Positions 57,601-64,000 of a stretch of DNA of 64,000 nucleotides are shown here, in pieces. The stretch is from Corallochytrium limacisporum Hawaii (taxonomy: Eukaryota; Protista; Pluriformea), in contig PDIP01000004.1 of assembly GCA_002811645.1 (NCBI GenBank), positions 62,001-126,000 on the forward strand, written 5' to 3'. The position numbers were made by a program, and so were the translations under genes. Numbering within the stretch: the first letter of the stretch is position 1; each line of letters opens with the position of its first letter. The notes beneath the pieces were generated by a model. It was not told the DNA's origin and ran no database searches. It saw nothing but the letters and a program-made list of their open reading frames with translations.

Positions 57601-60600
57601 CACAATGTTGCAAACTCTCCAGGAGTGGCTTGAGGGTCCGGGCCGCAACCTGGCACTCTGGCTCCTCGGCTTCAAGGCGAATCAGAGCATGAAGCAACTG
57701 TACTTGGACAATCCGCCAGATGGACTTTTGTCGGAATTTGCAGATATGCTTCAACAGCTTGTTGGTGATGATTTGGCGTCAAGCGCAGATTCCTTAAGGA
57801 TGCTCCTAGCATCACCATCTGTGTATGGCATAATATTCCGCATTTTGTACCATTTAATGAGTTCGCCAGACACTCAAGAAATCACCTTCCACTTCTTGCA
57901 TAGCATGGGACATTTGATCTTTGTGCATTTGCAAAGCTTGGCTCTGCGGAATATAGGAGCGCAGCGCGTTCAGGAGCAAGGGGCCCTCATGTTAATCAAA
58001 GTGTCTCGCAGTGATACCTATTTGCTGAAAACTTACGCGAACATTCTGCATTTCGCTGAGCGCACTGATAACCGACTAGTCCTTGAGACCAATGTTAATT
58101 TCCTGATTATGAACAACAATTTCCAGATTCAAGACCATCCCATTGGGGATGCACATCAACGCCAGCAGAGTCTTCCGATTCTGCAGCTTTTGGAATTGCA
58201 GAGCCTGAAGATTATGGAGCCCGCAGAAATTAATGCGAGGTACTTTACAAAGACGGCCATGGAATATTTCATGTTCACGGACCCATATAGTGGTGCCTCA
58301 GTATATGATATGCCGGCTTTGCAGGAGTATCTTATAGGAGAGGTCCGGAGACTCGGTGGCTCCTATGGCGAGGCTGTCCTCCTAGAGGAAGCTGAAAGCC
58401 TATACCAATATGCGGATTCCTACAATGAACACAAGCTTCGCCTCAGCGCCACCAATGCATATCTGGATGCCTGGAGACAGATCCTTGAAGTTACGCTCAT
58501 CAGCAGTAACGAAATCATATGCAGCGAAAGCAGTGGTTTCATTGCTCTGCAAACCATCGCGCAAGACCTGCTGCAGAAGATCAAGAATTGCAGTGATGGT
58601 TTGTACCAGAACCTGGCACGTAGTCTCACTATCTGCATGAATCGTCTTAGTCGGCACCCATGTATTGATCAGATGACAGGAGAGCAGTTCCGAGGCTTCC
58701 TGTCGCAGTTCAGCGCTTGCTATGTCAGCCGATCCCTTGATCGAGAGAGCCGCCTCCACCTCGCAGTCGCGCTAACAGACCTGATGCGCGTAGTCACGGA
58801 GGAGACCCGCGCAGACCCACAGAACTTGGACCGAGAAGGATCCATGTTTAGCAGCTCGAGCCTAACAGCAGAACCTGCGAAACAGCGCTTCCTGACGTCG
58901 GTGTTGTCGAAGGAATTGACGAACTTAGTCAGTCATTTCATCCGCGATGCGCTGTATAGTGATCGGGCTCTGCGTGCACTTGCGCTTATGGCCATCAGCG
59001 CCCTTTGCCGTGCAGATGCCAGCGGACGGTGCCTGCAGTACTTGATTGATGGTACCGGGGGTAGTGCACGCTCAGCCGAACGCCCCTTGAAGGCTCTAGT
59101 CACAGGTATCACCAGTGAAGATGTTGATATCAATGGTGCACTACGCAGGCATCAGCTTGGTCAAGTTAACAGTTATGCTCTCGAATGCAAGCTTGCACTT
59201 CTTCTACATGTGTCCATGAGCAGGGATGGCTGCATGACCCTGGTGCAGGAGGGCATCCTCCGAGTCATCGCTGATCTTAAGTTCCCCAGTAGTAGGCCTT
59301 CTCGTTCTGCGAGCATCTCCAGTGCAGGTGACGTTCGTGTTTGGTCGGACACACCTTTCCTGCTGCCTCCTGCCGGCACTGGTGGCACTGGCGGCGGACT
59401 GCCTTTATTGACCGGATCAGCGGCTAGTACCACTAATGTCATCAGTGTGTACGGCCAGCAGGGTGCAGGATCGCAGCCGGGAGTCATTGGCATGCCTTTC
59501 CTGGACCGTGAAGTGCCCCAGATGATTGCAGAGCTGAAGGCAGTAGCAAACCCAGAGCTGCAGATTTATCAGACACTGGCCACGCCTATCTGGCGATTGC
59601 TGTTGATGATTGGACACTACTACGGCTCGCGTCAGGAAAGCCGTGGACGCCCTATTCGTGCTGGTGCGACTGACCTTAATGACCGAGACATGGGTTACTC
59701 GGGAGTCCAAGGCACCATCCGTCAAGGTTTCTTGATGTGCGTCAGCAGCCACATGGAGACCATTGGTTCGATCCTGCGCGACAAGTTCTACTCAAGCGAT
59801 CTACATGACGTCGAAGAACTGCACTATACTGTGCGTGTGGCCGACCGCGCTCTACAACTAAGCGTGGCGTCCCAGGATGAGGACAACATGAGTTTAGTGG
59901 AGTTGGTACCTCTCCGCATTCAGCTCGTTCAACTGCTGACTGGACTCTCTAAGGCACAAGCAATGGCCGAAGTGGTGGCTCCATTGGGCTCAGCATTCCT
60001 CGCTGTTGCTATCGATGCTCACGCCGCAAATATGACCTCCTTACACCTGGGCTTGATTGCCAGCTTGTTCAGCAGTGTCCGCTTGATGGCCAGCGAAAAT
60101 CTACTGCCACACAGTGCTGCTGATGCCCAAGCAGGGGGTAACACCCACACCGACCAATTTGTTGCCATTGCCACGGCCTTTCTGCAGAACGCGGTGTCTG
60201 GCTTCGAAGAAGGCTGGCACCGGACCGCCGAGATACACCAGGACCTCCGACAAGTGGACGCGAAGCTGAGCGGTACAGATAGCCTTGGTGCGTCCGACGA
60301 AGTCACCAGCACCGACCTGCTCGACAAGTATTTCTGCCGCCGTATGACGGATCCGGAGCGCATTACGGAGACCGTGGAAGGTCCGATGGTTACGAACAGG
60401 CGCCTGCGGAACCACATGGTTGCTGCCCTGAACTACGCCCGCAGTAGGACTGCAGCGCTGAAGGAAGGTGTAGAGAATGCGATTCTACTCCTGAAGGCCT
60501 TGCTTCCGGCGGCGTCCGCTGTCAAGGACATCCCTGAGCACCGCGAAGTACGCGAGGTGCTCCACAAAGTATTGCTGCTTCAGAGCAAAACCCAGAACGA

Positions 60601-60751
60601 TGATGGCGCTTCAACTGCTCGGAAGCAATTGCAAGCCGAACTTTCTTCAACACTGTCCTTTGCAACGTTTGTGACCCATGAGGTGCTGCGAACTCTTGGA
60701 GACAGTGGTAATAGACTGACCGATGGGGGACCTTCCATGGCCAACGAATGA
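54605..60751 (+). CDS. NUP205: Nuclear pore scaffold protein Nup205/Nup192
   Basis: 2048-aa helical protein with LSDALKLNE, E....SYPITLEFLNLL, R.F....E, NLALWLLGF and AWRQILEV segments matching Nup205 conserved blocks. Confidence 0.8.
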   Translation: MPTSDTRDMVVSMEHPGRLINDAIESILGGYGSDAYLRDLLSRYHNDFVKPLDNNGPDPGDRSQLRGTDVLYAGRTKQYITQEFKDLVCNLSDALKLNERECAGFLLQALGAAGDDRSAATQHAIGSYGDTRIQFLEAYTMLLRIGSGYVDAPAEATGVVRKALSSVFASGNIFNNIFAAYERCLNSARDMPQQVRNIRLKSIELELFHLGKVLYYASEYAGGLSADDISNALQLTRKVAQMTPQSGAGNSGQQDQEFTDFLQSVNPSVQAAIMFAMFKTVIMYVKPWSSLGSTSADDEFRLAEAAREFEESFSTLNTSVGSRTDIPESMRDVLEMCAALAQQFVLDASVMGEEGRRNSLNRGLSLLSTQLLQSPYFGASDIDRDVFLALMDDYLQLYLEKRENVVDVREQISLARDQEIELQQNQELGVQDEQVAMDPSMYRTVSELFRFAEALYASSAPLSEALWLQNGNAVLQVLVQSDADMPYDLLPSYLKMLAALAQTSTGASHIFSMLNQSQRQGIAHAVFQHDKLRRLCWEFFFSTLLVGYIEEFSKYANGSGIGMLGSSGHADQALSLDQGEEELILSFLQLIAAVSKQNDASCRMMLRGWGADPLQLLITFLTLPTDAKVKTYLLKVLTAFASDADGRQRIWYAVDQHHLLENFFIPEFEIREAQMQSYPITLEFLNLLNSLLDQLPPKDFQPGGLQQADDSMLRTYAQYVRDRLLRKITLRNFKNSYERLSFFTTAFSLIKKMLVQFLDEVENENRAMKSDQTEEQERSRMAQGVDRRRIEAGVDLLSTLMRPSDFLYDILSVFRSAEATYVQLVQNNFAIDTVEGQNMKSAVPEALDAILDVLGMILAREDVLLNDQQTVRGLNGALGLCKSILTVQVDHLTYGGVGDQRDSTDHIVVVIGRMMIHTEIMQGALSQKAMHVLHSMCGRPQVAEQVLAIIAQSESSVTILEGVRKLFTKPPMNETGSATLANAVKEDEVYTPPSKTLQITMLQTLQEWLEGPGRNLALWLLGFKANQSMKQLYLDNPPDGLLSEFADMLQQLVGDDLASSADSLRMLLASPSVYGIIFRILYHLMSSPDTQEITFHFLHSMGHLIFVHLQSLALRNIGAQRVQEQGALMLIKVSRSDTYLLKTYANILHFAERTDNRLVLETNVNFLIMNNNFQIQDHPIGDAHQRQQSLPILQLLELQSLKIMEPAEINARYFTKTAMEYFMFTDPYSGASVYDMPALQEYLIGEVRRLGGSYGEAVLLEEAESLYQYADSYNEHKLRLSATNAYLDAWRQILEVTLISSNEIICSESSGFIALQTIAQDLLQKIKNCSDGLYQNLARSLTICMNRLSRHPCIDQMTGEQFRGFLSQFSACYVSRSLDRESRLHLAVALTDLMRVVTEETRADPQNLDREGSMFSSSSLTAEPAKQRFLTSVLSKELTNLVSHFIRDALYSDRALRALALMAISALCRADASGRCLQYLIDGTGGSARSAERPLKALVTGITSEDVDINGALRRHQLGQVNSYALECKLALLLHVSMSRDGCMTLVQEGILRVIADLKFPSSRPSRSASISSAGDVRVWSDTPFLLPPAGTGGTGGGLPLLTGSAASTTNVISVYGQQGAGSQPGVIGMPFLDREVPQMIAELKAVANPELQIYQTLATPIWRLLLMIGHYYGSRQESRGRPIRAGATDLNDRDMGYSGVQGTIRQGFLMCVSSHMETIGSILRDKFYSSDLHDVEELHYTVRVADRALQLSVASQDEDNMSLVELVPLRIQLVQLLTGLSKAQAMAEVVAPLGSAFLAVAIDAHAANMTSLHLGLIASLFSSVRLMASENLLPHSAADAQAGGNTHTDQFVAIATAFLQNAVSGFEEGWHRTAEIHQDLRQVDAKLSGTDSLGASDEVTSTDLLDKYFCRRMTDPERITETVEGPMVTNRRLRNHMVAALNYARSRTAALKEGVENAILLLKALLPAASAVKDIPEHREVREVLHKVLLLQSKTQNDDGASTARKQLQAELSSTLSFATFVTHEVLRTLGDSGNRLTDGGPSMANE

Positions 60752-60936
60752 GAAGCAACAACCGCTACAAAGTGTCAAAATCCAAAATACAATCATAACT
60801 AGAAATGGACATAATTTGACATTGCTACAGATACGTGAAATAGTGTGCATTCTAATGGAACTGGTGTTTTCGATTTACGCTTACAGCTCTACTGGGCGAG
60901 CTGTCCTTAACAGTTTGACAGATATGAGCGTGTCGC

Positions 60937-62439
60937 TCACGATTTGCTCTTCTTTTCCTTCTTAGACTTCTTACTCTTCTTGTCCTTTTTGTCCTTCTTT
61001 TCCTTCTTGGAGTCCTTCTTCTTCTTGGCGGGTGCTTCGTCTTCGTCTTCGTCGACAGCCTTGCGCTTCTTGCTCTTCTTGCCATCATCGGCGATTTCGA
61101 GTTCAACATCCATACCGGTCTGTTCCTTCAACTCTTTCATTGCCTCCTCCATGACGTCTACGTTCTTGCGGGGTGCGTCCCCGGTCTCGTAGAATCCAAG
61201 GCGTTCCTCAACCTGCTCCCTCAGTTTCTCACCAAACACAGGGGTGGGAGTGTCCGCGAAGCAGTCAATACGAGAGGCAATGCTGCACTTGTTAGCCAAA
61301 TAGCGAGAGATACGACCTTTGTTCTTGACACCAGCACGGCCAATAAATGAAGAATGGAAGATAAGACCATACTTTGGCGTGTTGGACTTGGTCTTCAAGG
61401 CACGGAACAGAGCCTTCTCGGCACCAAGAATCTGTACAGTAGAAGCGGGGTACTTAGCCAGATTGGTCAAACTGCCAGCGTGCGCAATTAGACGAGCACC
61501 GACCAGCTCTCCGACGAGAGCGCTCAGAGATGGGGCAACAGCTCGCATCTTGGACTTCAAGTACTCGTGCAGCTTCTGACGGTACTGCGCCAGGCTGATT
61601 ACACGATCAGCGAAGATATCTATGTTGACCAAGTCAATGTCGGAAATTTCCATACCCATACTGCTCTTAGCCGCGTCAAGAACCTGTTTAGCCTTGCCAG
61701 TGTCCATTAGAATATCTTCCAGTTCCTCGAGGTAGTCGTCGTCACTGCCCTCCATAACTTTAGTACGGCTCTTAATCAATTTCACAACCTTGGCATACAT
61801 GACGTTGTCGGGGACAACTTTGACCAATTCCGGGAAATGGTAGCCATACCACTCACGAATGCGCATGGCAAAGGTGTTAACATCCTTATCCAGTTGATCG
61901 AGCAAAGAAATACTTTGAATAATCATGTTATCCACACGATGCACGTTGAACTTCACTTTACCCCGAGAGTAGGAGTGACCCAGACCGAGCTGCGCTTTTT
62001 CCATGTCACCATCCTTGAGAGCCTTCAAGAATTTGCTGAAGTACAGGCGGATACCACGAGTGATCTCCTGGACCACGTCGCCGGTTTTGCAAGGGAAGTC
62101 AATGGCATCCTGAATGGCAGAACCAAGACGACCATCACTTACACCTAAAACGGCTTTACTCTTCTTAGAAGACTTCTTGCTCGGCAAATTCAATTCCAGG
62201 AAGTTTTCCAAATCCTTATGCACAATACCGTCAGAAATATCATTAATGTTCTCGAGGGCACTTTGAGCAGATTTAAACGGCATGAAACCCTTCAGTTTCA
62301 CAACCTTACCGAAACGGTCGAAGCTGTTGATGGAAGCCTGGACTTCCTCAGATTTCAGCGCAATTTCCTCATTCTCGTTAACGGAGAAGAGTGCGTAACC
62401 CGACGCAGACTCGTAAAGGACGTACGCAATGTCAGGCAT
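60937..62439 (-). CDS. NOP56: Box C/D snoRNP protein NOP56
   Basis: [88 protein letters not shown] tail. Confidence 0.97.
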   Translation of the reverse strand: MPDIAYVLYESASGYALFSVNENEEIALKSEEVQASINSFDRFGKVVKLKGFMPFKSAQSALENINDISDGIVHKDLENFLELNLPSKKSSKKSKAVLGVSDGRLGSAIQDAIDFPCKTGDVVQEITRGIRLYFSKFLKALKDGDMEKAQLGLGHSYSRGKVKFNVHRVDNMIIQSISLLDQLDKDVNTFAMRIREWYGYHFPELVKVVPDNVMYAKVVKLIKSRTKVMEGSDDDYLEELEDILMDTGKAKQVLDAAKSSMGMEISDIDLVNIDIFADRVISLAQYRQKLHEYLKSKMRAVAPSLSALVGELVGARLIAHAGSLTNLAKYPASTVQILGAEKALFRALKTKSNTPKYGLIFHSSFIGRAGVKNKGRISRYLANKCSIASRIDCFADTPTPVFGEKLREQVEERLGFYETGDAPRKNVDVMEEAMKELKEQTGMDVELEIADDGKKSKKRKAVDEDEDEAPAKKKKDSKKEKKDKKDKKSKKSKKEKKSKS

Positions 62440-62891
62440 GTCTGCGAACTAATGAGATAAATAGTGACCTCCCGGACTTAGCAAACCGTGGACACAGATC
62501 AAAAATGCCCACTCGTGTACCTTCAAAAACCTGGTCTATCCTCGGAATCTATGGAATTAAAAGTAACATGCTCCTACGAATATCGACGCCGAACCGTTGC
62601 CTCAAGACTGGGATGCGGGTCAAGAACCGTGCACGCCACTGACAGCAACACGCACCAAAATTCGAAACTCCAGTACACTCCCGAACCCCAGGTGGTGGGT
62701 CACCCTGGCCCTTTCAATACTCGTCCCCCTTGGAACTGGTGTTTACAACGCGGTCCCATCCTGCCGACTTTCGTCTAGTCTGAGCCCCACACACGCACAC
62801 AAAGTACTGAGTTTCGGCAGCAAGCACCCCTTTTCCATGTCCTTGGCCTGTGCAGTATGGAGCTTGAACACCAAAACTGACCCACAGCTAA

Positions 62892-62901
62892 TCCACGTGG
62901 A
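62892..62901. promoter_or_regulatory. Palindromic E-box TCCACGTGGA in the NOP56 / PRKRIP1-like divergent promoter
   Basis: Contains the preferred Myc:Max site CCACGTGG. Confidence 0.5.
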
Positions 62902-62982
62902 GCAGCGGTCACAAACTCTTGGAACGAGTGGGAGGGCCGCCTGCCCCGTTGCTTTAGGAAGAGAGAGGGCCCCGCGCCCCCA

Positions 62983-63000
62983 CCCCCCCCGGCGGGGGGG
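62983..63000. promoter_or_regulatory. C8-GGC-G7 inverted homopolymer element
   Basis: Identical to 12624-12641. Confidence 0.45.
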
Positions 63001-63404
63001 AGAGAGCTGGGCAAGCAATACATTGCCGGTACTGGGAACTCCACAGTGAGACACACAGGCTGCAGTACATTAAGTATTGTTGTTCACTTGGGAGGTAGCC
63101 AGCACTGCCGACTCTCATCCGGAAAGGTCTGAATTCAGATTCGCTATAGAGTTGCGAATTTAGTTGCGGCGTATGGGATCAATTGTGATTTTGGTTTCGC
63201 AAAGGTGCTAACGGCTCGGTTCGTTCATGGAATTGACCTGCGCTTTCAGCTTGAGTGGTAGTACCATGTGAAGCTACTTAAATAATAAAGGACAACCAAC
63301 CCGAACAGAAATTCATGCTTGAGATTCGCAGCTGAGGAAAGCGTCTTTGGTCACTTCAATACATATGTGACGCCAGAGGTTCGGGATACGTGCACAGTGT
63401 CGCC

Positions 63405-63794
63405 ATGTCACCAGCACATCAACTGAGCAAACAGAGAAAGACGATCGAGAAGCTCACGAGAAAGGTCAATCAAGGCAAACCTGTGATCCCTGTAGATGCA
63501 CCGAGTAAACTTTCGTGTACGGACTCGGAGTCCCAGCAGCCGGCCCAGTACAAGTCCTCAGTGGCCGGTGCCAGTTCTGCAGACTTTGACATCTATCGAA
63601 ATGAGAGGGACAGAGAACGGCAACGGTTGGCAGCTCTTGCAGCAGAAAAGCAGAGAGATTTAGAAAACGAAGAGTTTAGAAAAAAACACGAGCAGAATAT
63701 GAAGGCCAACGATGCACGCACGGCAAAGAAGAGGGCCAAGAGAGAAAAGCAGAGACAAAAGCTTCGTGATAAGAAGAAAAGTGCCAAAAGCTGA
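63405..63794 (+). CDS. PRKRIP1-like (DUF1168) spliceosome-associated protein
   Basis: SSVAGASSADFDIYR...RERQRL resembles the family motif GSSAGAGSGEFHVYR; tail RTAKKRAKREKQRQK. Confidence 0.8.
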   Translation: MSPAHQLSKQRKTIEKLTRKVNQGKPVIPVDAPSKLSCTDSESQQPAQYKSSVAGASSADFDIYRNERDRERQRLAALAAEKQRDLENEEFRKKHEQNMKANDARTAKKRAKREKQRQKLRDKKKSAKS

Positions 63795-64000
63795 CCCAAT
63801 TAAAGAAACATGGTAACTGAATGTCACATACTATGGTCTCTATGAAATATGTGTTGTCTTAGTCAAAGAACACCTCCTGATACTTGTCCTGGGCCAGCAG
63901 GCCGTCGTTATAGGTGGGCAGGTCAAAACTGTCTCCAAAACCGGCAAAGACAACGCTGCCATTTTCCAAAGGCTTGACCGATCCGTCCTCATCTGCAATA

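Noticed and set aside
60940-61085. Repetitive CTT-rich tract
   Set aside because: Encodes the normal KKD/KKE tail of NOP56
1-64000. tRNA, rRNA, CRISPR arrays, transposons, stop-codon reassignment
   Set aside because: None recognised by eye; intact genes end in TAA, TAG and TGA under the standard code, so stops in relic ORFs are not recoding

Overview
Eukaryotic genomic DNA, gene-dense and essentially intronless: even the 2048-aa Nup205 is a single uninterrupted ORF. It holds 19 intact protein genes: cytosolic TyrRS with an EMAP-II domain, PFK-2/FBPase-2, RCC1, ATE1, dTMP kinase, myotubularin, OvoA, PepD, an AKAP7-like 2H phosphoesterase, ABT1/Esf2, NOL6/Utp22, Myc, a Bfr1-like protein, a pseudouridine glycosidase-kinase fusion, EF1B, Nup205, NOP56 and PRKRIP1-like. 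A real Myc and an animal-like TyrRS in an intronless genome point to a unicellular relative of animals; a Corallochytrium-like holozoan is my inference, not verified. Main observations: (1) a frameshifted pseudogene of the axonemal dynein light chain p28/DNALI1, plus several unidentified decayed ORFs in otherwise empty gene slots; (2) unusual domain architectures: DysF-myotubularin, a probably kinase-only PFK-2 with a C2H2 finger, and a 2H phosphoesterase with a Cys-rich/CaaX tail; (3) an adjacent OvoA-PepD pair that could form a small ovothiol module; (4) a recurring C-run/G-run inverted element in promoter regions; (5) Myc in a ~14 kb gene-poor block, with E-boxes at ribosome-biogenesis promoters. 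No tRNA, rRNA, CRISPR array or transposon was recognised. All protein identifications come from motif recognition by eye; no database search was run.
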